Shown here one piece after another: positions 46,241 through 56,115 of a DNA stretch of 64,000 nucleotides (position 1 is the stretch's first letter; each line of letters opens with the position of its first letter). The translations under genes and the position numbers were made by a program. Below the pieces are notes generated by a model, which ran no database searches, was not told the origin of the DNA, and saw only the letters and a program-made list of their open reading frames with translations. The DNA is from Candidatus Omnitrophota bacterium (GTDB lineage Bacteria; Omnitrophota; Gorgyraeia; Gygaellales; UBA12090): assembly GCA_030674475.1 (NCBI GenBank), contig JAUSCZ010000022.1, forward strand, positions 2,628-66,627, in the 5' to 3' direction.

Positions 46241-47205
46241 TTCTCAATTATTTTAACTTCTACGCCGTCCATTTTTCCGGCCAACTCGAGACCTTTTTCT
46301 TTTCCTAAGACGAACACGGTTGTGCTCAGGCCATCGCTGGTGGCGGCATCCGGAGCAATAATAGTTACCGAGGAGATATTGTTATCCACAGGCCAGCCGG
46401 TTTTAGGGTCAATGATATGGCTGTAGCGTTTTTTGTCCAGAATAAAAAACTGCTCGTAGTCGCCGGAGGTAGCCGCCCCCTGATTCTCTAAATCCAGATA
46501 AAAGACAATCTCCGCGGGCTTGCGGGGATGGCGCACACCGATACGCCATTTGCGGCTTCCCTTTTTACCTAAGCAATAGACATTGCCTCCGGCATTGACT
46601 AAGGCGGATCGCACGCCTGATTCTTTAAGCCGCCTTACCGCCTTATCCACGGCATAGCCCTTGGCGATTGCCCCTAAATCAATAGACATTCCAGATTGGG
46701 TGAAACTCATGGAAGAGGTGCTATCATCCAGGCTGATTTTATCTGAACCCACCAGGCTAAGGGCTCTTTTAATCTGGCTTTCTGACGGCAAGGTTAATCC
46801 GCGGCTCTTACCCCTCCCCGCCTCCCCTTGGTAAGGGGAGGATTTTTTATTTTCAAATTCCCGGATTTTTTCTTTCCAAATATTAACCAGCGGCGCGACG
46901 GTGATATCAAAGGCTCCTTCGGAAAGACGGTAGTATTTCAAAGACTCTCTAACCATATTATACAAATCCTGGCTGGCCTGAATTTTTCCCGCGGCATTAA
47001 GGCGGGATATCTCGGAATCAGGATTAAAATTATTGGCGATTGTTTCAATCTTTTTTATCTCCTCAAAAGCTGAGGTGATGGCCGCGCGATCTTGACAGGT
47101 AATCTCCACGATTGTGCCCAGCATCAAGCGGGCTTCTTTGTGATAGGGCTGAAAAGAACATCCGGCCAATCCCAGAATCAAAATTAAAAATTTTATCTTT
47201 TTCAT
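46237..47205 (-). CDS. apbE: FAD:protein FMN transferase lipoprotein with in-frame repeat insertion
   Basis: LAGC lipobox, GAFDITV, DLGAIAKGYAVD, ATSGDYE, HIIDPKTG. Confidence 0.95.
   Translation of the reverse strand: MKKIKFLILILGLAGCSFQPYHKEARLMLGTIVEITCQDRAAITSAFEEIKKIETIANNFNPDSEISRLNAAGKIQASQDLYNMVRESLKYYRLSEGAFDITVAPLVNIWKEKIREFENKKSSPYQGEAGRGKSRGLTLPSESQIKRALSLVGSDKISLDDSTSSMSFTQSGMSIDLGAIAKGYAVDKAVRRLKESGVRSALVNAGGNVYCLGKKGSRKWRIGVRHPRKPAEIVFYLDLENQGAATSGDYEQFFILDKKRYSHIIDPKTGWPVDNNISSVTIIAPDAATSDGLSTTVFVLGKEKGLELAGKMDGVEVKIIEK
46808..46845. repeat. CCCCTCCCC palindromic element inside apbE
   Basis: TTACCCCTCCCCGCCTCCCCTTGGTAAGGGGAGGATTT, translated KSSPYQGEAGRG. Confidence 0.88.
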
Positions 47206-48953
47206 AGCTTAAAGAAATTTAGCAATTCATTCACGGACAGCGTATTTATTACATCGTCTTTAGTAAGCCAGCCGCGCCGGGCCGTGGCCACGCCTAAGGA
47301 CATACACTTTAGCTGGTCAGTAGTATGGGAATCGGTGGAAACAGCCAGTTTTATTCCTTTTTCTTTGGCCTTACGGCAGTTGACATCATTCAAATCCAGC
47401 CTTAAGGGATACGCGCTGACTTCTAATACTATACCATAATCTGAGGCGGCTTTAAAGAATTCTTCAAAATCTATCTCATAGGGGTCTCTGGTTCCCCAGA
47501 GTTTTCCGGTAGGATGAGCGATAATATCCACATTTTTATTTTTACAGGCCTTTACTAAACGCTTAGTAATCTGCTGTTTTGATTGCTTGAATCCGGTATG
47601 GATTGCCGCTACCACGATATCAAATTCAACCAAAACGCTATCCGGATAGTCTAGCGTGCCCGCGGAGTCAATATCCACCTCCGCTGCGAAGAAAATCCTA
47701 AAATCCTTTAACTTGGAGTTTAATTTATTTATCTCGGCTCTTTTTATTTTTAAATCTTCCAGAGAGAGACCGCCGGCTACTTTCAGGCTTTGGGAATGGT
47801 CACTCATATTAAGGTATTCATAACCTAAATCCCGGGCGGCCTGAGCCATTTCTAAAATGCTGTTTTTCCCGTCAGAATATTGGGAATGGGCGTGCAGGTC
47901 ACCCCGGATATCTTTTAAGGTAAGCAGTCGGGGAAGCATATCCCGGGCGGCAAGCTCTATCTCGCCTCTATCCTCGCGCAATTCCGGCTCAATAAACTGA
48001 AGGCCTAGAGAGGTAAAGACCTCTTCTTCACTTTTCCCGCAGAGATAATTTTCCTTATTATCCTTAGCGCCTAAGGCTGGAGCGCCAACAGCGGGAACCT
48101 TAAATACCCCGTATTCATTTATTTTTAAGTTTTTCTTAATAGCTAACTGCCGAAGCTTAATGTTGAAATTCTTTGAACCGGTAAAATAAATCATCGCCGC
48201 GCCAAAGCTTTTTTCCTCTACTATTCTTAAATCTATTTTGATGCCCTCCTTAGTTATGACTGAGGTTTTAGTGAGGCCTTTAGCGCCGACATCTTTTATA
48301 TTGGGAAGCCGGAGAAAGGCATCTATTATTTTATCCGGATAGCCGGATACTGCCAAAATATCAATATCTCCTACTGTCTCTCGCATTCGGCGCAGGGATC
48401 CGCAGGCTGATATTTTTCGCGCGTAGGGGTTCTTTTTTAAAGGTTTAATAAATTCGTCGGCGGTCTTAAGCGCGCTGGCCAAATCCATCCGCTCCCGGCC
48501 CTTTTTAAACAACGCGATTCCCTTCAGGATATTCTCAACCGTTTTTTCTTTAATGCCCTCCAGTTCCAAGAGCTTTCCCTTTCTGGCAAATTCCTCCAAT
48601 TCTTTGACGCTTTTCACCTTAAGCTTATCATAAAACAACTTCGCGTGTTTAGGCCCTACGGAGGGTACGCGTAAAAGATCTAATAATCCTTCAGGAATGC
48701 TTCTTTTGAGCTCCTCAAAGAATTTCAGCTTTCCGGTTTTGGTTATCTCGATAATTTTCTGAGCCAAGTCGCTTCCGACACCGGGAATACTATTGAGCCG
48801 GTTTTCATTGATCAGGTCCTGAATATCTTCGCTCAGGGATTCGATATTCCGGGCCGCCCGTTCGTAGGCGCGCGCCCTAAAAACATTTTCCCCTTTGATT
48901 TCTAATATTTTAGCGATAGCGCGGAATATTTCGGATATGGTTTTACTTATCAT
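47202..48953 (-). CDS. polX: DNA polymerase X with PHP domain
   Basis: CGSLRR, GDIDIL, YFTGSK, NEYG, ELREDRGE, DLHAHSQYSDG, STDSH. Confidence 0.95.
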   Translation of the reverse strand: MISKTISEIFRAIAKILEIKGENVFRARAYERAARNIESLSEDIQDLINENRLNSIPGVGSDLAQKIIEITKTGKLKFFEELKRSIPEGLLDLLRVPSVGPKHAKLFYDKLKVKSVKELEEFARKGKLLELEGIKEKTVENILKGIALFKKGRERMDLASALKTADEFIKPLKKNPYARKISACGSLRRMRETVGDIDILAVSGYPDKIIDAFLRLPNIKDVGAKGLTKTSVITKEGIKIDLRIVEEKSFGAAMIYFTGSKNFNIKLRQLAIKKNLKINEYGVFKVPAVGAPALGAKDNKENYLCGKSEEEVFTSLGLQFIEPELREDRGEIELAARDMLPRLLTLKDIRGDLHAHSQYSDGKNSILEMAQAARDLGYEYLNMSDHSQSLKVAGGLSLEDLKIKRAEINKLNSKLKDFRIFFAAEVDIDSAGTLDYPDSVLVEFDIVVAAIHTGFKQSKQQITKRLVKACKNKNVDIIAHPTGKLWGTRDPYEIDFEEFFKAASDYGIVLEVSAYPLRLDLNDVNCRKAKEKGIKLAVSTDSHTTDQLKCMSLGVATARRGWLTKDDVINTLSVNELLNFFKL

Positions 48954-49377
48954 TTTGCTTAAACTCTTTGACCCGGAAACCATTAAGAATTCTCAAGGTG
49001 AGAAAATAGAAATAGGGCATCTTGAAAAAATCCCGGTTGACTACCAAATCAAAAAGCATATGCTGGGTAATGCCTATACCTAAGGCCAGCCAGAAGTTTC
49101 CCAGCTTAAAGAAGTAAATTGCCAGCCAGAATAAAATCAGGCACTCCAGGGAATGAAATATAAGAGTTAGATGTGTAAATTTACACTTAACGCAGAATTC
49201 ATAGAAACGCCGGACCTTAAGGTTAAAGCCCTGATGCAGGTAGTAATCTATAACATGGTCTAAGTCAATCAGGAATCCCCCGACAAAAGATATCATCAGG
49301 CAGGATTCCGACTTCGAGGCCAAATAAATAGTCCCGCTTACTATGGAAGTAGCTATAAAGTGATACGCCGGCCGCAT
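48943..49377 (-). CDS. Membrane protein, possible metal-dependent hydrolase (YdjM-like)
   Basis: Hydrophobic; H..., IDLDH, FHS, HMLFD pattern. Confidence 0.6.
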   Translation of the reverse strand: MRPAYHFIATSIVSGTIYLASKSESCLMISFVGGFLIDLDHVIDYYLHQGFNLKVRRFYEFCVKCKFTHLTLIFHSLECLILFWLAIYFFKLGNFWLALGIGITQHMLFDLVVNRDFFKMPYFYFLTLRILNGFRVKEFKQNDK

Positions 49378-49378
49378 C

Positions 49379-50314
49379 TTATAAATTCACTCTTAAATTA
49401 TAAGAGGCTTCGATGGTTTTAACCAGGTTAGTTAATACGGAGTTTACCGGGGTGGGGAGGTTTAGGGCTTGGGCCTGGCGGACTATGGCTCCGTTGATAA
49501 AGTCTATTTCGGTTGGTTTGCGCCTTAAGACATCCTGCAGCATACTAGAGACATTGGCGGCAGTGGCCTCGCAGACTGCCTCAACCTTGGAAAGCGGGTC
49601 GTCGTAAATCAGCTTAATTCTCTTTTTCTTAGCCACTCTCACCGCTTCATTGACTGCCTCTTCTAATATTTTTCTGGTTCCCGCGAACTCAATCAACTTT
49701 CCGTTGTTTAAATGGGTAAGGGCGGTTAAGGCGTTTATCCCTACATTTATAATCAGCTTGGACCAGAGAAGCGACCTTATGTCTTTGGACAGGCGGGTCT
49801 CCAGGCCGCATTGGTTAAAGAGTTCGCGGATAAAGCGCAGTTCCACCGGCAGTCTTCCGTCAAGCCTTCCAATGACAGTCTCGGCCTTTCCGGCATGCCG
49901 AACCCAGCCCGGACCCAAAAGAGTAGCCCCCTGGTTAGTTATCCCTCCCAGGACTCTCTCCTGGCCAACCACCTCCGAGATAATTTCTATGTTGCCTAAA
50001 CCGTTCTGCAGGCTTAAAACCAGGCTTGACTCACTTAACAAGCTTTTTATATCTTTGACGGCATTCTTAGTGTCATAAGATTTTACCGCGATAATCACTA
50101 AGTCCTGGGGTTGAGGTATCTCTTTTGCCTGGGAGGCAGTATTCACCTTCACCTGCCAGCTTCCCGAGATGCCTTCAATCTTCAGGCCTTGTTCTTTAAT
50201 CTTTTGGGCGCGCTCAGGGTTATTATCCAAAAGCCAGATTTCCTCTTTACTCTTAGACAGGAAACAGGCTAACAAGCACCCCATTGCCCCGGGGCCGACT
50301 ATGGTTATTTTCAC
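49379..50314 (-). CDS. panE: 2-dehydropantoate 2-reductase
   Basis: GPGAMG, AVKSY, LQNGLG, WSKLIIN, SSMLQD, TEIDFING. Confidence 0.95.
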   Translation of the reverse strand: MKITIVGPGAMGCLLACFLSKSKEEIWLLDNNPERAQKIKEQGLKIEGISGSWQVKVNTASQAKEIPQPQDLVIIAVKSYDTKNAVKDIKSLLSESSLVLSLQNGLGNIEIISEVVGQERVLGGITNQGATLLGPGWVRHAGKAETVIGRLDGRLPVELRFIRELFNQCGLETRLSKDIRSLLWSKLIINVGINALTALTHLNNGKLIEFAGTRKILEEAVNEAVRVAKKKRIKLIYDDPLSKVEAVCEATAANVSSMLQDVLRRKPTEIDFINGAIVRQAQALNLPTPVNSVLTNLVKTIEASYNLRVNL

Positions 50315-50332
50315 CTAAAAATCTCCTCTCCA

Positions 50333-50362
50333 GCGCGATAAATCGCGCCGCTACGCGACACG
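50333..50362. repeat. GCGATAAATCGC-CCGCTAC REP-like element
   Basis: GCGCGATAAATCGCGCCGCTACGCGACACG immediately upstream of the panE SD. Confidence 0.75.
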
Positions 50363-50417
50363 AGTAACCTAAGTTCTATTTTCTTATTCTTCCAAGAAAG
50401 CTAAAAGCCGGTTATTT

Positions 50418-51167
50418 TCAACAGCTCAGCGCATCTAAAACCTCTTTTGAACGCGGCCTGACCTGGAGGTGAAATTCCATAAAATTCTGCAGTATGGTAT
50501 TAAACTCTTCCTTGATTTTACCGCTTAAACCCAGGCGCAGGGAATTGTCCCAATCGTTTTCCTCCATATGCAGTATTGAGGCCACGGTCCCTTTAAGCAC
50601 CGCGGCGGAGTAATTATCGCTCACGCCGCATTTGGGACACAACAGCCCTCCGCGTTTAGCGTTAAAATAGGCATCTTCAAAAACATCTTTATTGCAGATA
50701 ACACAGGCCTCCAGGCGGGGCCTAAAGCCTATCAACTTTAAGAATTTAATTAAGAATACGCGCGAAATCTTCTGAGGCTCTTTATGCGACTCCATTCGTC
50801 GTAAGGCCGAAACCGCCAATTCATATACCGCGGTATTCTTTTCCTCCTCAGGCATAAACTGCCTCAAGAGATCCACCAGATAATAAGCGCAGACGACCGA
50901 CTCGAGATTATTTCTCAGAGGACTAAAGTTATCTTTAAGGTCGCACTGGGAAACCAGGTGCAGGCCGGAATTACGGCTCTGGTAGAAAATTATCTCATTG
51001 GAAGAAAACGGTTCTAAGGTAGAGGCGAATTTCCTGGGGTCTTTCCTGATTCCCTTTAATATGCCGTTTACCCTGCCGTGGTCCTTGGTAAAAAAATGGG
51101 CAATCAGGCTGGTTTCCCTAAAATCAAAGGTTTTTAAGACTATTGCCTCGGTTTTAATGATGGCCAT
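50418..51167 (-). CDS. recO: DNA repair protein RecO
   Basis: TEAIVLK..DFRETS, KGIRK, CVIC...GGLLCPKC zinc finger. Confidence 0.93.
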   Translation of the reverse strand: MAIIKTEAIVLKTFDFRETSLIAHFFTKDHGRVNGILKGIRKDPRKFASTLEPFSSNEIIFYQSRNSGLHLVSQCDLKDNFSPLRNNLESVVCAYYLVDLLRQFMPEEEKNTAVYELAVSALRRMESHKEPQKISRVFLIKFLKLIGFRPRLEACVICNKDVFEDAYFNAKRGGLLCPKCGVSDNYSAAVLKGTVASILHMEENDWDNSLRLGLSGKIKEEFNTILQNFMEFHLQVRPRSKEVLDALSC

Positions 51168-51240
51168 ATTTTCTTGGTGTATAGGAAATTATATCAGGTC
51201 ACCTAAATCAGATCCTTCGCCGCCTTCGGCGGGGTCAGGA

Positions 51241-51720
51241 TCAAAAAAATCGCCGAAAGTCATCGCCAAAGGCGATTTTTTTGAGTATTTCCTCTTGTTT
51301 CGCGAACATCCGCTTTCTTTCTTTAGGTGCCGCGTCATTATATCCGTTTAAATGCAGGATTCCGTGAATGATATACAGCAAGATTTCTTTCTTGAGTGAA
51401 CTTTTATATATCCTGGCGTTTCTTTTGGCAGTATCTAAAGATATCGCGATATCGGCATTATCTTTGGAGTAAGGGAAGGCGATTACGTCGGTCGGAGTAT
51501 TAGTTTTGAGGTATTTTTGGTTCAGCTTCTTGATCCGGACATCACTAAAGAAGCTGATTCCTAAAGACAGGCCTGTGTATTTCTTCCCGGATAACCTAAG
51601 GGCGTTTCGCGCGCATCTTTTTAAAACACTTTGAGTTAAAGGAAGATGACGTTTAGTCGTGTTTTTTATGATGATGTTCTTTGGTATGGCCGGGTGATTC
51701 GGGATAGTTAATTCTTCCAT
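51241..51720 (-). CDS. ybeY: rRNA maturation endoribonuclease YbeY (start uncertain)
   Basis: PTDVIAF, IHGILHLNGYND; phoH-HD-ybeY-recO synteny. Confidence 0.88.
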   Translation of the reverse strand: MEELTIPNHPAIPKNIIIKNTTKRHLPLTQSVLKRCARNALRLSGKKYTGLSLGISFFSDVRIKKLNQKYLKTNTPTDVIAFPYSKDNADIAISLDTAKRNARIYKSSLKKEILLYIIHGILHLNGYNDAAPKERKRMFAKQEEILKKIAFGDDFRRFF

Positions 51721-53095
51721 GATATATGCCGCTCAACATATGAATAAAAACCTTGGCTATTTTTTCTAAATCCTTTAGGGTCAAATCACAATTATCCAAC
51801 TGTCCGTCAATAAACTTGTTATTGATTACCTTATGAACTACCTCTTCAATCCTGGAGGCGTTAGGCTCGGCTATGGCCCGGGTGGCCGCCTCAACCGAAT
51901 CCGCCAGGAGCACAATGGCGGTTTCCCGGGAGGCCGGTTTCGGCCCGGGATAACGAAAACCTTCTTCTAAGATTTTTTCATCCTGCTCTATCTCTTCTAA
52001 GGCCTTGCGGTAGAAATAATATACTAAGCCTGAGCCGTGATGCTGGGTTATGAAATCCACTATAGCCGGTTTAAGCCGGTATTTTTTAGCCAACTCCATT
52101 CCTTCCTTAATATGATTGATGATTACCATCTTGCTTATGGAGGGGCTTAAGTGTTCGTGCTTACTCAGGGCCTTTTGGTTTTCCATAAAATATTCGGGGC
52201 TATTGAGCTTGCCTATATCGTGGTAATATCCCCCGATGCGGGCCAGGAGGGAATTCGCCTGGATACTTTCGGCTGCCGCCTCGGCAATATTTCCCACGAC
52301 TATGCTATGATGATAGGTGCCGGGAGCGTCCAAAATCATTTTTTTAAGCAGGGGGTGATTAAAGTCGGATAACTCCAAAAGGCTGATATCGGTAACCATA
52401 CCGAAGAAATTCTCTAAAAGCGGCAATATTCCGGTTACGGTAACCGCGCAGATTAAACCGTTAAAAAGATTAGCCGCGATATCGTTAATGCCCGCTTGAG
52501 GATAGGCCATCCAGAAAAGCAGGGCCTGGGCCCCTCCGGCAAATAATCCGGCGCTTAAAATCTGAATCCTCCGGCGCAGCCTTCTGGTGGAAATAGCGGT
52601 AACCATCCCGGTGATGAAGAAAATCAGGGTTACGGAGAGCGAATTCCCCGACAATATTCCGGCAAAACACGCCGAAAGAACGGCAAAATAAAAAGATAAG
52701 GCGGCGTCTTTGTAGAGTATGGAGACACACATTATCAGGCCGCTTACCGGTATGTAGGAGGCGGGAATTTGATAGTCTAATATTTTTTTGGTAATCACCA
52801 AAAAAAGAACAAACAGAAACGTCAGCACCAGACAATCGTATTTTTTGCCGCGGCTGTTGGAATTAAGCGCGGGGTGAGAAAATCCAAGATAGAGAATAAA
52901 TCCGACCAGAAGGGCCCCGGGTAAAAGATTAAGATTCAAGAAAAATATTTCCGCCGCCACTATGACGATTCCTAGAACAACATACAGGCACAGCTCTTTT
53001 TTAAAAACAAGCGCTTTTTCTATAAGGCGTTTTAATAAAAATTTTCCTGGGGGTTTTTGAATAAGATCAGGGCGGGGACTGTTTTTAGGGCGCAT
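51653..53095 (-). CDS. pgpH: 7TM-HD (HDIG) phosphohydrolase, PgpH-like c-di-AMP phosphodiesterase
   Basis: Multiple TMs, APGTYHHS, YYHDIGK, QHHG, FRYPGPKP, LADSVEAA. Confidence 0.85.
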   Translation of the reverse strand: MRPKNSPRPDLIQKPPGKFLLKRLIEKALVFKKELCLYVVLGIVIVAAEIFFLNLNLLPGALLVGFILYLGFSHPALNSNSRGKKYDCLVLTFLFVLFLVITKKILDYQIPASYIPVSGLIMCVSILYKDAALSFYFAVLSACFAGILSGNSLSVTLIFFITGMVTAISTRRLRRRIQILSAGLFAGGAQALLFWMAYPQAGINDIAANLFNGLICAVTVTGILPLLENFFGMVTDISLLELSDFNHPLLKKMILDAPGTYHHSIVVGNIAEAAAESIQANSLLARIGGYYHDIGKLNSPEYFMENQKALSKHEHLSPSISKMVIINHIKEGMELAKKYRLKPAIVDFITQHHGSGLVYYFYRKALEEIEQDEKILEEGFRYPGPKPASRETAIVLLADSVEAATRAIAEPNASRIEEVVHKVINNKFIDGQLDNCDLTLKDLEKIAKVFIHMLSGIYHGRINYPESPGHTKEHHHKKHD

Positions 53096-53140
53096 AATTT
53101 ATTTTTTTAGATTGGATCACATAAAGAAAGGCCTCGCGCC

Positions 53141-54088
53141 TTAACGTAAAGCGGATAATTTCTCGTAGGCCGCGACTATCTTCCGCACTAACTCGTGCCT
53201 GACCACATCTTTTCCGCTGAAATAGACAAATCCTATTCCTTCTATAGTCTTGAGTATATCCAGCGCCAGGCACAATCCCACAGGTTTTCCCCCGGGAAGG
53301 TCAGTCTGGGTGATATCGCCGGTGATTACCACCTTGGAGTCGAAGCCTAATCTGGTAAGAAACATCTTCAATTGTTCAACGGTGCAATTTTGGGCCTCAT
53401 CCAGAATTATAAAGGCGTCATTTAAGGTTCTCCCTCGCATATACGCTAATGGCGCGACCTCGATGGTCCCGATTTCAATGTATTTTTCAATCTGCACTCC
53501 CTCCATCATATCGTATAAGGCGTCATAGAGCGGCCTCAAAAAAGGGAGTATTTTCTCATAAAGAGTTCCCGGCAGATACCCTAAGGATTCTCCCGCTTCC
53601 ACAGCCGGCCGGGTAAGGATGATCCTGCGAAAATAGCCTTTTCTTAAGGCCTCAACCGCCATAGCCATGGCTAAGTAGGTTTTGCCGGTTCCGGCGGGGC
53701 CGACCCCAAAAACAATGTCGTGCTGTTTTATGGCCTGGATGTATTCGTTCTGGGTTGACGTTTTCGGCCCTACGGTTTTTCCTTTGAAAGAAAAACCTAT
53801 ATCCAGTTTTTCTTCTTTTTTTTCGCGGGCCTTTACCTTAGCGCTAGAAAACACGCTCTGTAATTCCTGCTTAGTTACAGCCTGTCCTGAACGGATAGCG
53901 TCTAAAACACGCTCAATAACCGGCAGGGCATTTTTGAGTTTTTCTTTACTGCCGGATATTTTCAGGGTATCCGACCGCAGAAGAATTGTTACTTCCAACT
54001 CCTTCTCTAAAATTGGGATATTTTCGTCCCGGGGCCCAAGAAACATCAATGCCTCAGAACTATTCTTTAGCTTAATCTGTTTTTCCAT
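53141..54088 (-). CDS. phoH: PhoH family ATPase
   Basis: GPAGTGKTYLA, RPAVEAGE, LAYMRGRTL, LDEAQN. Confidence 0.95.
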   Translation of the reverse strand: MEKQIKLKNSSEALMFLGPRDENIPILEKELEVTILLRSDTLKISGSKEKLKNALPVIERVLDAIRSGQAVTKQELQSVFSSAKVKAREKKEEKLDIGFSFKGKTVGPKTSTQNEYIQAIKQHDIVFGVGPAGTGKTYLAMAMAVEALRKGYFRRIILTRPAVEAGESLGYLPGTLYEKILPFLRPLYDALYDMMEGVQIEKYIEIGTIEVAPLAYMRGRTLNDAFIILDEAQNCTVEQLKMFLTRLGFDSKVVITGDITQTDLPGGKPVGLCLALDILKTIEGIGFVYFSGKDVVRHELVRKIVAAYEKLSALR

Positions 54089-54096
54089 ACAAGGGG

Positions 54097-54696
54097 TTAA
54101 TCCCGGGGTATTATCAGCTCCTGGCCGGGCTTTATCCTGTCCGGAGCCTTAAGTTTATCCTTGTTAGCCTTATAAATCTTTACCCATTGTTTATGGGTTC
54201 CATAAATCTCCGGGCGGGCCGATATCTTCTGCAAAGTATCTCCGTTTTTGACTATATAGGTGCCGGGAAGATTTGATTTCGCGCTCAGAGGCTGGAGCGG
54301 GGTTTTAACTTCCTGCATATCCATGATCGTAGACCGGGTTTTTGGCTCGAAACCCTCCTGGAGGGGTTCGTTTTCTAGGTTCTGACTCACCACTTCCGGC
54401 GCGTTGACGGTATTTTCTCCCAGCGTCTTAGGCGGCTCTTTAAGATGTTCAATTTTTAAAGGGCTCTGGAGCTCGACCTCAAAAAATTTATACCGGCGCT
54501 GAGTGAATTTCTTGGGCTGTTGATAATTTGCCGGGGCCTGGCCGCTTAAGAATCCCTGGTTTCCGGATACCTCCTGGTCAGGCCGGTCTTTTGTCACCGT
54601 ATAAGTCCGGATTAAACAGCCGTTTAAAAGAAACAACGCGAATAATCCGTATGCCGTGAAACATTTTTTGCTTTTAAAGATTCCATTTTTTCTCAT
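54097..54696 (-). CDS. LysM-domain lipoprotein
   Basis: LNGC lipobox; YIVKNGDTLQKIS...IYKAN...IKPGQELIIP. Confidence 0.85.
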   Translation of the reverse strand: MRKNGIFKSKKCFTAYGLFALFLLNGCLIRTYTVTKDRPDQEVSGNQGFLSGQAPANYQQPKKFTQRRYKFFEVELQSPLKIEHLKEPPKTLGENTVNAPEVVSQNLENEPLQEGFEPKTRSTIMDMQEVKTPLQPLSAKSNLPGTYIVKNGDTLQKISARPEIYGTHKQWVKIYKANKDKLKAPDRIKPGQELIIPRD

Positions 54697-54709
54697 AAAT
54701 TCCTCCTGG

Positions 54710-56110
54710 TTAAAATTTGTTTTGATTTATTCTAACTTTAGCCAAATTCAATTCTTTTAACTGTTTGTCGCTTACTTCGCCGGGGGCGTTAGTCATTAGA
54801 CAAGTTCCTTTTTGAGTCTTGGGAAAGGCAATCACTTCCCGGATGGAATCGCATCCGGAAAGGATAGTCAATAATCTGTCTATGCCAAAGGCAATCCCTC
54901 CGTGAGGAGGAGCCCCATAACTAAAGGCCTCTAAGAGAAAGCCAAACTTTGCCTTAATATCTTCCGGTTTAAGGCCGAGAATTTTGAATATTTTATCCTG
55001 GAGGCCTTGATTATGGATACGGATTGAGCCTGAGGCGATCTCCTGGCCGTTGAGCACCAAATCATAGGAACGACTCCTTACAGAAGACAGATCCTCGCCA
55101 TCTAATAAGGCCAGGTCTTGAGAATCAGGGGCGGTAAAAGGATGATGTTCGGATTCCCAACGATTTTCATCCTTATTAAATTTGAACAAAGGAAAATCCG
55201 TAATCCAGACAAAGACAAAATCCTCTTTATCCTGGCGCAAGTCCGGCTTATCGGAATTATAGTCTTTCATTGCCTGGGCATAACTCATCCGTCTAAAAGG
55301 AATTTTTAACTCAACGCCTTTTAGTTCCTTAAGGATCTTAAAAAATAATCTCTCCGAGACGGTAAATATGTCTTCTTCGCCGATAAAAGACATCTCCATA
55401 TCCAGCTGGGTAAATTCCGGCTGTCTATCCGCCCTTAAATCCTCATCCCGAAAACACTTGGCTATCTGAAAATATTTTTCGATTCCCGAAACCATCAGTA
55501 TTTGTTTAAATAACTGGGGAGATTGGGGCAGGGCGTAAAACTCTCCCGGGCTCAAGCGGGAAGGAACCAGAAAATCCCTGGCCCCTTCAGGGGTAGATTT
55601 GGTCAGGATCGGCGTCTCCACCTCAATAAAACCCTCAGTATCCAAATATGTCCGGATCAGCTGGTAAAGCTTATGCCGCGAGAGGATATTGCCCAGCATC
55701 CGCGGCCTCCTTAAATCAAGATAGCGGTGTTTAAGCCTTATCTCTTCACCCAATTCAATATTATCACTGATTTCAAAAGGAGGATTATTGCTGGAATTGA
55801 GTATCTCTAATTCCTGGGCTAATATCTCTACCTCACCGGTGGGCATCTTGGGGTTAATGGTGCCCTTGGGCCGGGGATTGACCTTACCCTTAAGCCTGAT
55901 GACGAATTCACTTCTTAAATCTCCGGCAGATTTGTGGGCCTCCGGAGCCTCTTTGGGAATAAAAACCACCTGGGTTAGTCCCTGGCGGTCCCGGATATCT
56001 ATAAAAATCAGCTTACCATGGTCGCGGCGCGAGCCGACCCAGCCACACAGCACTACCTCTTTTCCGACATCTTTTAAGGTCAATTCTCCACAAGTATGGG
56101 TGCGCATCAT
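54710..56110 (-). CDS. aspS: Aspartyl-tRNA synthetase, bacterial type, lacking GAD domain
   Basis: MRTHTCG, RDHG, ALPQSPQLFKQ, CFRDEDLRADRQPEF, PPHGGIAFGIDR; only 466 aa. Confidence 0.95.
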   Translation of the reverse strand: MMRTHTCGELTLKDVGKEVVLCGWVGSRRDHGKLIFIDIRDRQGLTQVVFIPKEAPEAHKSAGDLRSEFVIRLKGKVNPRPKGTINPKMPTGEVEILAQELEILNSSNNPPFEISDNIELGEEIRLKHRYLDLRRPRMLGNILSRHKLYQLIRTYLDTEGFIEVETPILTKSTPEGARDFLVPSRLSPGEFYALPQSPQLFKQILMVSGIEKYFQIAKCFRDEDLRADRQPEFTQLDMEMSFIGEEDIFTVSERLFFKILKELKGVELKIPFRRMSYAQAMKDYNSDKPDLRQDKEDFVFVWITDFPLFKFNKDENRWESEHHPFTAPDSQDLALLDGEDLSSVRSRSYDLVLNGQEIASGSIRIHNQGLQDKIFKILGLKPEDIKAKFGFLLEAFSYGAPPHGGIAFGIDRLLTILSGCDSIREVIAFPKTQKGTCLMTNAPGEVSDKQLKELNLAKVRINQNKF

Positions 56111-56115
56111 AGGTT

